Source of the DNA: a virus
Lineage: Duplodnaviria > Caudoviricetes
IMG/VR virus record: IMGVR_UViG_3300017544_000275
Span: 1-48,579 of that record
Direction: 5' to 3' (one strand)
DNA: 48,579 nucleotides
Shown: in pieces, positions 1-8,683 of the stretch
Layout: every line of letters begins with the position of its first letter
Numbering within the stretch: the first letter of the stretch is position 1
The notes under the pieces: model-generated
Seen by the model: only the letters and a program-made list of their open reading frames with translations
What the model was told of the DNA's origin: nothing
Database searches by the model: none
Made by a program: the position numbers and the translations under genes

Positions 1-337
1 CGGGATACTCCTTCGCCAGCCGCTGCTGCTCGTCGCGGTCCTCGCGGAGTTGATCGGGGTCGGGTTCGGATGGGGCGTGTTCGCGCAGGCGGCGCAGTTC
101 TTCCGCCTGTCGCAGGCATTGGCCGTGCCACATGTCTCGATTGCGCTCGATGCTCCGTAGCCGTTCGATCTCGCGCGTGTCGGCCTTGAACTGGTCGATC
201 ACCGCGAGCAGGTCATTCGAGATGTCGCCCCACTTGTTGAGCGGCATGCCCATGGCGGTATTGGCCAAGGTCTCGATTGCGGTTCGCGCCCTGGCGTGCA
301 GCCCATCGCGCTCTTCACTCGGTGTCGGGGAGGTCAT
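1..337 (-). CDS. Hypothetical phage protein, runs off the left edge (MTSPTPSEERDGLHARARTAIE...)
   Basis: ATG at 337 overlaps the MTase stop (ATGA); frame open to position 1. Confidence 0.7.
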   Translation of the reverse strand, partial: MTSPTPSEERDGLHARARTAIETLANTAMGMPLNKWGDISNDLLAVIDQFKADTREIERLRSIERNRDMWHGQCLRQAEELRRLREHAPSEPDPDQLREDRDEQQRLAKEYP

Positions 338-1683
338 GCGGCGATCCTCATCTTGGCGACGGTGGTGCAAACGCGCGTGCCGCTCTCGGTGAATGACCCG
401 ATCGGAAGGTCGTGCCAGCTCGGCCGAAGGTCATCGAGCAAGCCGTGGTCGTAGCGGGCCGTGGCGGGCAGTACGGCAACAAGCTGGCCGCCTGGCCCCA
501 GGAAACTCATGGCGTGCCGGACGTGCTTCTCGTAGTGCCGGCCATAGAACGGCGGGTTCATCACCACGAAGTCGAACAGCTTGCCGCCGGGCGGAACATC
601 CAGGAAGTTCGCCGTCATCACGGCGTGCCCTTTGGCGCGCGCCTCGGCAGCCCGAGCGGGATCTACCTCTATCCCGAAGGCATCGGCGCCTGCCGCTTTC
701 AGCCCGTCCAGAAAGCGGCCGCAGCCGCATGACGGCTCCAGAACGCGGCTGCCTGGCTTGAGGTAGATATCTGCCAGAACCCGCTCCACCACAGACGAAG
801 GCGTCGGGTAGTACTGCAGATCCTTCGCCACGGCGGTGCTGGGGCGATGTGCGGGCCTATCCGCCTCGTCATGGCAGTCGGGCAGGATGTCGCCGTAGAA
901 TTCGGCAAGCGCCTTGTTGATGTCGCGCAGGGCGACCGGGCCAAAGAAAAGGTGCCCATTGCCGTTCCTGAAGCGGCGCAGCCAGACACCGCGACCAATC
1001 ACCGTGATCGTCTCTTGCTGGTAGCGGCTGTTGTGAGGATGCGGAAAGGTGCCGCCGTCCTTCAGGGCGTCGCCGTCTTCCAGGAGCAGTTGGAGATCCG
1101 TGTAGTCGAGAAGCGGCTTCCCCTGGTAGGCGGCGAGCGCATTCAGGATGTCGCGCAGCCGGTCGCGGCCCCATCCGCCGATGCCGAGGTTGGTGAGGAT
1201 GACCCGCTTGGGCAGGCCCTTGACGCCGACCTTCACCTTCTCGTGGCTCTTGTAGGTCGGATCGAGTTCTGAGAACACCTCCGCCAGGCCGCGCAGGATC
1301 GTCAGGCGCGGGTTCTCCAGATAGGGCCAGAAGGTCGCCCGCAGTGTGTCGATGTCGAAGGGGGGCGGGTCTGCCAGTGACCGCTCGAACGCCTGCTTAT
1401 CCTTGGCGCTGGCGATCTCCGGGAGGCGCAGGGTCTTCCAGACATTCTTCCACGCTGACCGGCGAAGGCTCCGGGACAGGATGTGTTCCGATGCGCTCCC
1501 GGTCTCGATTCGCTCATCTCCCCATTCGCCGCCAACGCACGCGGCAGACTTCAGGGCGCCCCCAGCCTCCTGGAAGGCGGATATTGCTTCCGGCAGTGAA
1601 GCCATCTTGCGCTCGTACTCGGCCACCATGTCGTGGATCCGTCGAGCCGGCGCAATCTCGGTGCCGTATGACATGGTGCTCAT
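334..1683 (-). CDS. Amino (N6-adenine type) DNA methyltransferase with N-terminal DUF4942-like domain
   Basis: YYPTP, VLEPSCGCG (SAM binding) and VMNPPF (catalytic) motifs; start 1683 overlaps the upstream stop (ATGA). Confidence 0.85.
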   Translation of the reverse strand: MSTMSYGTEIAPARRIHDMVAEYERKMASLPEAISAFQEAGGALKSAACVGGEWGDERIETGSASEHILSRSLRRSAWKNVWKTLRLPEIASAKDKQAFERSLADPPPFDIDTLRATFWPYLENPRLTILRGLAEVFSELDPTYKSHEKVKVGVKGLPKRVILTNLGIGGWGRDRLRDILNALAAYQGKPLLDYTDLQLLLEDGDALKDGGTFPHPHNSRYQQETITVIGRGVWLRRFRNGNGHLFFGPVALRDINKALAEFYGDILPDCHDEADRPAHRPSTAVAKDLQYYPTPSSVVERVLADIYLKPGSRVLEPSCGCGRFLDGLKAAGADAFGIEVDPARAAEARAKGHAVMTANFLDVPPGGKLFDFVVMNPPFYGRHYEKHVRHAMSFLGPGGQLVAVLPATARYDHGLLDDLRPSWHDLPIGSFTESGTRVCTTVAKMRIAA

Positions 1684-1790
1684 GGCTTCCACCCCCATCC
1701 ACAGAGCGCACCGGCCAAGGCCATGGCTGCGAGAAACACGAGCGCGGCAGGAAGCTCAGGAAGGTACGAACGGAGAGAGGGGAGGGTCAT
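1680..1790 (-). CDS. 36-aa single-TM peptide MTLPSLRSYLPELPAALVFLAAMALAGALCGWGWKP
   Basis: Below the ORF-track cutoff; exactly fills the gap with ATGA overlaps at both ends; hydrophobic stretch. Confidence 0.7.
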   Translation of the reverse strand: MTLPSLRSYLPELPAALVFLAAMALAGALCGWGWKP

Positions 1791-2071
1791 GACGAGGCTC
1801 CCGCATCCACCCAATCGCTTTCCATTGCGATCCGGTCCGCTAGGCTGTCGGTCATCAGGCCACCATTCGTGAGGTGATCGTTGACGATCTCGCGCGCCTC
1901 ATCGGGCGAGAATGGATCATCCTCGAAGTGGCCGAAGCTCTCGGGACTATCGAGAATGTCCTGGTAGGTCGGCGTGCATTCGAAGCACGTGTCGCCATCC
2001 CAGCTCGACGCGTATTTCTCGCCCCACAGAATTACGCGGCCGCAGAGTTCGCAGATCGGGCGCTCACCCAT
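1787..2071 (-). CDS. Hypothetical protein with two CxxC pairs (putative Zn finger)
   Basis: CELC...CFEC; coupled to neighbours. Confidence 0.7.
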   Translation of the reverse strand: MGERPICELCGRVILWGEKYASSWDGDTCFECTPTYQDILDSPESFGHFEDDPFSPDEAREIVNDHLTNGGLMTDSLADRIAMESDWVDAGASS

Positions 2072-2498
2072 GCGCTTCTCCCCCAGTCTGGAGGCCCATC
2101 TGGCGGGCCGCTTCTCGCGCTGTCCGGATGATCATCTCGGCCTGCTCATCGTCGCCGGAGACGCCATAGAGCGCCGCGGCGACCTTGCAGGGGTCGATGC
2201 CGTATTTGGCCCAGAACAGGCGCTCGCTGCCCGCGTGCTGCTCACGATGGAGCGACGGCGAGAGAGGGAGAGCCCAGCGGTCATCAGGCCTCTCCGCCAT
2301 GCCGGTCTCGCGTTTTCCGTAGGACGGGTCCGCGAACCGGATATGCGCGGCCTCGACCGGACGTCGGCCGGTGATCACGCAGGGTAGGGTGCGGAGCCAT
2401 CGCAGGTGCGCCTCGTCGGTCACCCGCTTCCGCTTGGCGCCGCGCGCCGGGGCGTTGGCGAAGGCCGTGTCCGGCCGGGCGATGCGAAAGGCAGTCAT
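2064..2498 (-). CDS. DUF968-like putative HNH-type nuclease
   Basis: HLRWLRTLPCVITG..EAAHIR..DDRWALPL..HREQH pattern typical of phage proteins next to recT; ATGA overlap. Confidence 0.7.
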   Translation of the reverse strand: MTAFRIARPDTAFANAPARGAKRKRVTDEAHLRWLRTLPCVITGRRPVEAAHIRFADPSYGKRETGMAERPDDRWALPLSPSLHREQHAGSERLFWAKYGIDPCKVAAALYGVSGDDEQAEMIIRTAREAARQMGLQTGGEAHG

Positions 2499-3562
2499 CG
2501 GCTCGCCTCCCGGCAGAGGCGCGCGCATTCCTCGATCGTGATCTCGGCATTCACCCGCTTGCGATGAGCGTCGGTGATAGCGCCGGCCGCGATGGCGAGC
2601 GGCGATCCCTTCCCTACGGCCTTGCCCTTCCAGAACCTGACGCGGACTTCCTCGATCGCGAAGTCGGCGCGCTCGGCGTCGAGCTCCTCGACATAGAAGC
2701 GGAGCAATTCTCGGTCGTCGGAAGAGAGGCCGGCCCGGGGGGATTGGGCCGGCCCCTCTTCCACGCCGGCCGAGCTCTCAAGGGGCACCAGGGGGAGCTC
2801 GGCGGGTTCGGATTGCTGTTCGGCTTCAACCGTCGGGGATGGAGCCGTGTTCTCGGCCGTGGTGGCGGCGGCGATCTCGGCCTCGACGTTCGCGGACGAG
2901 AAGCCCGAATCCGCCTGGCGCGCGCCGGCGAGCCGATCGGCCATGGACGAGCGAGGCGTCACGTCCTTGGCATTGTCGGGGCCGCGGTTGTCGTCGAGCT
3001 CGTCGGGCGCATAGACGCCGAGCAGAACCTCCGGGGTGTGGCGGCGGGCCCAGGAACGGATGCTGAAGTAGCCAAGCTGCTGCTGCGGATCGGTCTTCCA
3101 GAGCGGAGAGTTCTTGGTCTTGATGTCGCCCTCGCGCGGGCTCTCATAGACCTTGGTCGAGCCGTCCTGCATCTCGCAGGTGATCCGGCAGCGCAGGTCC
3201 GCGCCGGCGCCGGTGAATTCGTATTCCGGCCGTCGCTTGATCGGTGCTCGGGTGTGGACCACGGCAGCGATCAGCTGCGCCTCATAGGCGATCATGTCGT
3301 TGACGCTGTAGGCCTTGGCGGCCACAGCGAAGGGGTCCATCTCCCAGCGAAGCGCTTGCATCGTCACGGCCATGCAGGCGCCGGGGTTTCCGCGCAGGTG
3401 CTTCGGGATGGCGTGCTGCGACCGAGACATGAGTTCGGCGAAGGAGACGACCTCGCCGAACGTCGTCGGCGCGAGCATGCCGCCGCCGCCGATCGTTGCG
3501 AGCGGTACCGTCCGGTAGGAGTTGGGCGCCTCGCGCGCCTCGGTGGTGACGACCTGGCTCAA
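2495..3562 (-). CDS. recT: RecT-family single-strand annealing protein with C-terminal extension
   Basis: PKHLRGNPGAC.A..MQA.RW.MDPFAVA and NSPLWKTDPQQQLGY motifs; TTG start at 3562 after AGGAG, overlapping recE stop. Confidence 0.9.
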   Translation of the reverse strand: MSQVVTTEAREAPNSYRTVPLATIGGGGMLAPTTFGEVVSFAELMSRSQHAIPKHLRGNPGACMAVTMQALRWEMDPFAVAAKAYSVNDMIAYEAQLIAAVVHTRAPIKRRPEYEFTGAGADLRCRITCEMQDGSTKVYESPREGDIKTKNSPLWKTDPQQQLGYFSIRSWARRHTPEVLLGVYAPDELDDNRGPDNAKDVTPRSSMADRLAGARQADSGFSSANVEAEIAAATTAENTAPSPTVEAEQQSEPAELPLVPLESSAGVEEGPAQSPRAGLSSDDRELLRFYVEELDAERADFAIEEVRVRFWKGKAVGKGSPLAIAAGAITDAHRKRVNAEITIEECARLCREASR

Positions 3563-4485
3563 GCTGCAATCTCCTGCTGGATGAAGGCGCGGCGGTCTGC
3601 GGCGCGGCGACGGGCGAAGTCGGAAAGGCCGATGGGGGCGAGATCGGAACCGGAGCCGCCGGGGCCCGGCCAGGTGTTCGTCTTCAGGCACTTGGCGAAC
3701 AGGCGGAGCGCTGCGCGCAGGTCGCCCTCGGCCTCCTCAATGTGGTCCTGACGGATGACCCGGACCTCGACGCAATGCGGGGGCGCCTTTTCCACGAAGA
3801 CGAGCGCGAAGTCATTCATGTCGATGCCGAGGACGGCCCTGGCGCCCCACTTCACAAGGGCTGCCTGCATGTCGAGCCGGCGGTCCGAGACGGCGCGCGA
3901 CAGATCCTCCGGCGCGACGCTCGCAGCGGTTTTGAGGTCTGCGAAATCACCCGAGGCCGTCGGGATGGCGTCGGGCCGGGCCTTGAGCCAGATCCCAGTA
4001 TCCTCGTCCTGCCAGATCAGACTGTGTTCGATCGCGCCGTCGAGGATGCCGCCGGCGATCAGCGGGTGCGCCTGCAGCGAGCTGTGCATGCCGCGGATGG
4101 TCTCGATCTGGCCGGGGAGAAGCACCGTCATGCCGGCCTTCTCCTGCTCGGCCTTCCAAGCCTTGGCTTCCGCGGTGCGCCACGAGTCGAACCGATCGGG
4201 TCGGACGACGAACAGCCGGCCGAATTCCTTTTCGCCGAGCAGGAGATGATGCGCGGCGCGGCCGAGAATGAGCGCGTCACTCTGCGGCTCGTCGACTCGG
4301 TTCGGGTTAAGGTGCGAGCCGATCCAGTAGTGCGCCGGGCTATCGATGAAGATGGTCCGCAGACCGCTCGAGCTGATGCTCGGCCCATCGGTGCACTGGC
4401 CGTGGTAGCGCTCGATGTCGAGGTCGACATAGCAGCCAGGAGACGTGATGACGCCGTCCGGCGCCGGGATCGCTTGTTCCAGCAT
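3559..4485 (-). CDS. recE: RecE/exonuclease VIII-like PD-(D/E)XK nuclease
   Basis: ISSSGLR, LGRAAHHLLL, KARPD...DLKT motifs; adjacent to recT. Confidence 0.88.
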   Translation of the reverse strand: MLEQAIPAPDGVITSPGCYVDLDIERYHGQCTDGPSISSSGLRTIFIDSPAHYWIGSHLNPNRVDEPQSDALILGRAAHHLLLGEKEFGRLFVVRPDRFDSWRTAEAKAWKAEQEKAGMTVLLPGQIETIRGMHSSLQAHPLIAGGILDGAIEHSLIWQDEDTGIWLKARPDAIPTASGDFADLKTAASVAPEDLSRAVSDRRLDMQAALVKWGARAVLGIDMNDFALVFVEKAPPHCVEVRVIRQDHIEEAEGDLRAALRLFAKCLKTNTWPGPGGSGSDLAPIGLSDFARRRAADRRAFIQQEIAA

Positions 4486-4505
4486 GATTGCCTCGCGTGA
4501 AGCGG

Positions 4506-4664
4506 TCAGCGCCGCTCGTCGTCGCGCCAGTGCGCGGTGAATTCGGATGGATCTTCGTCTGGGCGGCCGTTGGTCAGTCGGGCGAACACGACCATGGTCA
4601 CGATGGTGAAGAGGCCGAGGCCGACGATCAGGTAGATCGCGATGTCGCCCTTGGAGAACGTCAT
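4506..4664 (-). CDS. 52-aa single-TM membrane protein
   Basis: MTFSKGDIAIYLIVGLGLFTIVTMVVFAR; ATGA overlap with upstream gene. Confidence 0.7.
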   Translation of the reverse strand: MTFSKGDIAIYLIVGLGLFTIVTMVVFARLTNGRPDEDPSEFTAHWRDDERR

Positions 4665-5062
4665 GCGGTGGCGCGCCTTCCTTCGACGACGTCCTGGCCA
4701 AGCAGTTCGACGTTGTCGCCGACGAGTTCGTGCCGCCAAGCCTGCAATCGGCCGAGCGAGAGGGAGCTGGTCCGCTGGGCGGGCAGGTCGACCACCCCGC
4801 GCTTGCCCTGCTCCTGAAGCTTGTCGATCCAGTCCTCCTGGATCTCGATCGCTCGCTGGACGAACCGGGCCTGCTTGGCGCGATCGGCGGTTTCGCCCTC
4901 CATGACGGCTATCATCGCGAAGATGCCGGCGAGGTAGGCGTCGGCGCTCTCGTCTCCGGTGGCGCCGACCGGCGGCTTGGTCCGGGTGCGCAGTGCCGCA
5001 TGTGGAGTGCCGGCGTCGCGGAGGAGGGCGGAGAGCAGGGTGTTGGTGCCGGGGATACTCAT
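4661..5062 (-). CDS. Hypothetical phage protein
   Basis: Coupled ORF in leftward early operon. Confidence 0.7.
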   Translation of the reverse strand: MSIPGTNTLLSALLRDAGTPHAALRTRTKPPVGATGDESADAYLAGIFAMIAVMEGETADRAKQARFVQRAIEIQEDWIDKLQEQGKRGVVDLPAQRTSSLSLGRLQAWRHELVGDNVELLGQDVVEGRRATA

Positions 5063-5316
5063 TCCGCGGCCTCAAGCGCGGGCTCTGCTTCGACCGGATC
5101 GGTGAAGGCGGCGTTGATCCCGGCGGCGATCCGATCGGCATAGGCCGCACATTCGGCGGGCATGTAGATCGGCAGCTGGACGGAATCATCCGGGCCACTC
5201 GAAAGGGTGAGGCGCAGCGTCACAAACGGCTGGGTCATGCCGCCGCCATTGCGGCGGGAAACGCTGGCCGAGATCTCCGTGACGTCGTCAACGCTTGGGG
5301 GAGTGAAGCGGGCCAT
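5059..5316 (-). CDS. Hypothetical phage protein (MARFTPPSVDDV...)
   Basis: Coupled ORF, GGAGG upstream. Confidence 0.7.
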   Translation of the reverse strand: MARFTPPSVDDVTEISASVSRRNGGGMTQPFVTLRLTLSSGPDDSVQLPIYMPAECAAYADRIAAGINAAFTDPVEAEPALEAAE

Positions 5317-5717
5317 CACGCAGCCACCTGTGTGCACTCGGCGCCATAGGGGCGGGTCCAGTCGCCGGCGACGTCATCCGGCACCCAGCGGTCGCCATCG
5401 AGCGTCACGCCGAGCGCGGTCTCGACGAAGGCAATGGATGCCTCGTGGTCGTCGCGCTCGTCGCGCAGATACTTGCCGATCAGCGTCTGGATGTGCTCAG
5501 CGACCTCGCGGGTGACGTCCAGCGTGGTCAGGTCGGCCATATCGAGCCGGGCGACCCGGACGACGCGGTCGGCGTTGTAGGCGCCGCGAACGATCACCTC
5601 GGCCGTCCGCCGCGCCGACGTCATTCCATCCTGCTCGGAACCCTCAACCGACCGGCCAGCGCAAAGCCGTGGCGTCTCGTCGTTCTCGCAGATCAGCATG
5701 TAGAGCGTGTTGGTCAT
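5316..5717 (-). CDS. Hypothetical protein, first gene of PL operon
   Basis: ATG 5717 with GAGGG RBS just downstream of PL. Confidence 0.7.
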   Translation of the reverse strand: MTNTLYMLICENDETPRLCAGRSVEGSEQDGMTSARRTAEVIVRGAYNADRVVRVARLDMADLTTLDVTREVAEHIQTLIGKYLRDERDDHEASIAFVETALGVTLDGDRWVPDDVAGDWTRPYGAECTQVAA

Positions 5718-5750
5718 GGTGGGTGCCCTCACCGTGCTTCGATGAGGGTG

Positions 5751-5779
5751 AACTTAATGGGCGATTGCCCATCAGTCAA
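5751..5779 (-). promoter_or_regulatory. PL: sigma70 promoter TTGACT-N17-TAAGTT with operator in the spacer
   Basis: Same architecture as PR at 11270-11298. Confidence 0.85.
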
Positions 5780-5802
5780 TACAAAAATGGGCTATTGCCC
5801 AA
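5757..5802. promoter_or_regulatory. Left CI operators ATGGGCGATTGCCCAT (5757-5772) and ATGGGCTATTGCCCAA (5787-5802); half site near 5828-5833
   Basis: 16-bp palindromes matching those between cI and cro. Confidence 0.85.
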
Positions 5803-5831
5803 CATGGCCGCCATCTGCTACCCATTTGCCC

Positions 5832-6070
5832 ATCCGCCGCCCTGGCCGTGTCGAGGAATCGACGAGGCTCACTCAGCGAGGGCGGATCGCGCGGGGCTCG
5901 AAAGTCCTACGGTGCGGCTGAGGAAACTGAGGACGGGTGTTCCGAGAGGGCGCCCTGGCTACTGTCCCATCCCGGCTCCGGTCGTCAGGACAGGCCAAGG
6001 ATCTCCCGAACCTCCATGGGCTCAGCTCATGGGGGTAGGGGGCTCTTTGGCCCGAACCCTCCCTCACCAG
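5832..6070 (+). ncRNA. Candidate structured non-coding RNA (~240 nt) ending in a G-rich tract
   Basis: At least five helices, GGAA and GAGA GNRA tetraloops, G-U pairs valid only on the + strand, no convincing ORF. Confidence 0.55.
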
Positions 6071-6166
6071 CCGTCATGAACGACAATTCGAAGTGATCTT
6101 CAGTGGCTCTGTCTCAGCAGGATATGCACCGCGAGCGCGAGCCGTCGCACCAGGAAAGGGCGAGGA

Positions 6167-6421
6167 ATGGCACTGTTCGACAAAGGCATGGTTTCCGAGG
6201 GCTACGTGGTCGAGGCGCGCCAGATCGAGGTCGCCATCGCGAAGCTGCCCGCGCGGTTCAAGTCCTATACCGACTTGGCGGTGCTCCTCGCAGGTGAGGG
6301 CGTGCCATCGGCAGCCACGGCGCGCGCAGCGGATCGCATTCTGCAGAAGATGCGGAAGGCGGGGCTCGTCAGCTTCGCAAAGGGATGGTGGACGCGCGTC
6401 GATGGCAGGTCGTCGATCTAG
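6167..6421 (+). CDS. 84-aa hypothetical, possible winged-helix DNA-binding protein
   Basis: GAGGA RBS; C-terminal ADRILQKMRKAGLVSF..GWW resembles a wHTH wing. Confidence 0.65.
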   Translation: MALFDKGMVSEGYVVEARQIEVAIAKLPARFKSYTDLAVLLAGEGVPSAATARAADRILQKMRKAGLVSFAKGWWTRVDGRSSI

Positions 6422-6723
6422 GTCGACTGCTTCCTGCCCTGCTTCTGCTGCCCCTCGAGATAGCGCCGCTTCCACTCGACCAGGTCGTCGATCAGCGGGA
6501 GCAGGGCGTTCAGCCCGACTGTGACCCCAACGTGGAATTTGGCCGTCTCCCGCTGCAGCAGATCCGGGCTCGTCGGCGCGCCTTTGCGGCCGAATGCAAA
6601 CCGGACGTGGTTGCCGCCGGAGTAGACGACGACCCGGTCTGAAAACACTTCCTGGACGTTGTCCGCATAGGCGGCTTGCCACTCGGTCCTGCTGACCTTG
6701 CCGAGCATCTCGTCGTCGCTCAT
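6418..6723 (-). CDS. 101-aa hypothetical accessory protein
   Basis: GGAGGA RBS before ATG 6723. Confidence 0.7.
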   Translation of the reverse strand: MSDDEMLGKVSRTEWQAAYADNVQEVFSDRVVVYSGGNHVRFAFGRKGAPTSPDLLQRETAKFHVGVTVGLNALLPLIDDLVEWKRRYLEGQQKQGRKQST

Positions 6724-6800
6724 CGGGTCCTCCGTCGTTGCCGCCAGATTGTGGTGACGGGTGGACCGTGCCGATCGCGCAATAGAACTCGAGGCACCAG

Positions 6801-6827
6801 AAAAAGCCCGCCGGAGGGGCGGGCTTT
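6801..6827. terminator. Intrinsic (likely bidirectional) terminator
   Basis: AAAAAGCCCGCC-loop-GGCGGGCTTT. Confidence 0.8.
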
Positions 6828-6841
6828 GGGTGGGCGCGGTG

Positions 6842-7504
6842 CTACGGTGCTGGCTTCTCTGTCGGATCAGTATCCGGAATGGCAGTCTTGGGGGCTTGTG
6901 GTGGAGCTGAGGGCGGTAGCGTGGCCTGCGGTGCCGGGCGCGTTGCCTGTTCTGACAGAGCGCGCTGTGCGGCGGTCGTCGCAATCTCCGATGCGCTGAA
7001 CCCGATCCCGATGCTTTGGCTGCCGAAGGCCATAATGGCGACCACCAATCCGACAACGGCGACACCCGTAACGATGATGGTGGCCTTGGTGCCGTGTGTT
7101 GACTTCTCGACCGAGTCTACGCGCACGCCAATTGTGTCCAGCTTGCCGCCCAGCTCGGCGCGCATGGCATGGAGCTCACCCATCATCTGTGCAAATTTTG
7201 TATCAGTGCGCGCTTCAGATGCCTCAATCCGAGCGGCGATCTCTTCGCGTGTGATGTCGCTCATCGCTGCTTTCTCTCGCCGACTGGAGGCTGGAGCTTC
7301 GTACCCACTGTTATCAAAAATCGCGCTTGATGACGGAGGAATCAAGTTGGTCCATCTCAAGACCCTTTCCTCGTTGATTGATGCGATGCCTGAATAGGGG
7401 CGACCTTGGGTGCGCCGCGTGTCAGGCGTAGGAGAGACGATTCCCTCAAGGCCGAGCCTATATCGCAGATCCCTGCTGCCTTCGGAAGCCGGTAATCTAG
7501 CCAT
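6842..7504 (-). CDS. Membrane protein with coiled coil, one TM helix and Pro-rich tail (alternative start 7264, MSDITREE)
   Basis: IIVTGVAVVGLVVAIMAF TM segment; overlaps upstream stop. Confidence 0.7.
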   Translation of the reverse strand: MARLPASEGSRDLRYRLGLEGIVSPTPDTRRTQGRPYSGIASINEERVLRWTNLIPPSSSAIFDNSGYEAPASSRREKAAMSDITREEIAARIEASEARTDTKFAQMMGELHAMRAELGGKLDTIGVRVDSVEKSTHGTKATIIVTGVAVVGLVVAIMAFGSQSIGIGFSASEIATTAAQRALSEQATRPAPQATLPPSAPPQAPKTAIPDTDPTEKPAP

Positions 7505-7868
7505 TGGTGGAGCTGAAGATGCTAGGTGCCGACTTAAGTCTCTTATACTCTTCTTGGTCGACCATTCCCTGTCTTATGAGGTCTTCTGCAAATGACTCGA
7601 GAAAGACTGAAAGCGACAAGACAGTTGGGATGTCCATATCGATCTGAAAAAGGTACTGACGGAGATACTGAGCCGGAGCGCCACCGTCCGCCGGAACTAG
7701 GTCATCGCGGAAAGCGAAAAATCGGGAAACACCATTCCGAACACCGGTAAGCTGAAGCCCGTCGACTAGGTATTTGGGGGCACCTCTGGCCCCGATCGCC
7801 CCCGACACATCTGGGGGGGTAAATGCAGGACCAGATCCTGCATCGTTCTTGGTGTCCGTATCGCTCAT
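7497..7868 (-). CDS. Hypothetical accessory protein (lower GC)
   Basis: GGGGGA RBS before ATG 7868. Confidence 0.65.
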   Translation of the reverse strand: MSDTDTKNDAGSGPAFTPPDVSGAIGARGAPKYLVDGLQLTGVRNGVSRFFAFRDDLVPADGGAPAQYLRQYLFQIDMDIPTVLSLSVFLESFAEDLIRQGMVDQEEYKRLKSAPSIFSSTNG

Positions 7869-7971
7869 GCCTATCCCCCCGAGTATGATCGGCAGCTCAT
7901 CAGCCTGCCGTCCAAACGTCAACTACTTCCTCTCAAAGCGAAATAGTCGCGATATGCTGGGTCATCTTGGC

Positions 7972-8631
7972 CTACCGTCCCCAATACGGCGCGCGCCAGC
8001 CAGCCTTGATCGCCTCGCCCTCGTCGCAGAACCACCGTTCGCCGTTCTCGACGCTGACCTTGGTCCGGCTGTACCAGGGCGACCAGGGAGCATGGTAGAT
8101 GTGCTCGCCCTTCCGGTTGATGTTGCCCTTGATTGGGCAGCCCTCCGGGGCCTTCTGAGTGGCGACGTCCCAGCGGTTCTGGCGGAACTCCCACGGGGCC
8201 TCGCTCTCCTGCTCCCAGATCCCGACCGCCGCGGCGCGCGCTTCGTCCTCGGCGTCGACGTAGTCCTCGGAATAGCGGCGGAAGGCCCAGGCCATTCCCT
8301 CCTTGACCATGAGGCGGCCGAGGTCGAGGCCGGCGACCTTGCAGACCGCCAGGGTCCGGCCGTACACGTCGAGCCCGCGATCGTCGCAGGTGACATCGCC
8401 CTCTGCGACGGCCTTCTCCATTTGGCTGATCGCAGCCTGGCCGCATTGCCAGGTGCCGCCGCCGGGCTTTCGGCAGCTCTGGCCGGCCTCGGGTGCGTCG
8501 ATCCCGAATATGCGGATCGTCTTGCCGTCGACCTTCAGCGTGTCGCCGTCAATGACATGCACTTCGGCCGCAAGTGCGGCGCCGGCAGTGATGACGCAGG
8601 CGGCGAGCGCTGCGGCGATGGATCTGAGCAT
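7972..8631 (-). CDS. Secreted thermonuclease (SNase) family protein with C-terminal ExoI-like CxIKGNI domain
   Basis: Signal peptide; VIDGDTL, IRIFGIDAPE, DVYGRTLA motifs; CPIKGNI...ERWFCDE.EA..AGWRA. Confidence 0.9.
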   Translation of the reverse strand: MLRSIAAALAACVITAGAALAAEVHVIDGDTLKVDGKTIRIFGIDAPEAGQSCRKPGGGTWQCGQAAISQMEKAVAEGDVTCDDRGLDVYGRTLAVCKVAGLDLGRLMVKEGMAWAFRRYSEDYVDAEDEARAAAVGIWEQESEAPWEFRQNRWDVATQKAPEGCPIKGNINRKGEHIYHAPWSPWYSRTKVSVENGERWFCDEGEAIKAGWRAPYWGR

Positions 8632-8683
8632 TCCTGAGGTCCCCCCGAACCCGTAGCGATGCCATGGCGCCGCCATGTTAGCC

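Noticed and set aside
5895-5940. Hammerhead ribozyme (CTGAGGA twice plus GAAA)
   Set aside because: Stems and the NUH cleavage triplet cannot be arranged around the core; the CTGAGGA copies lie within another hairpin
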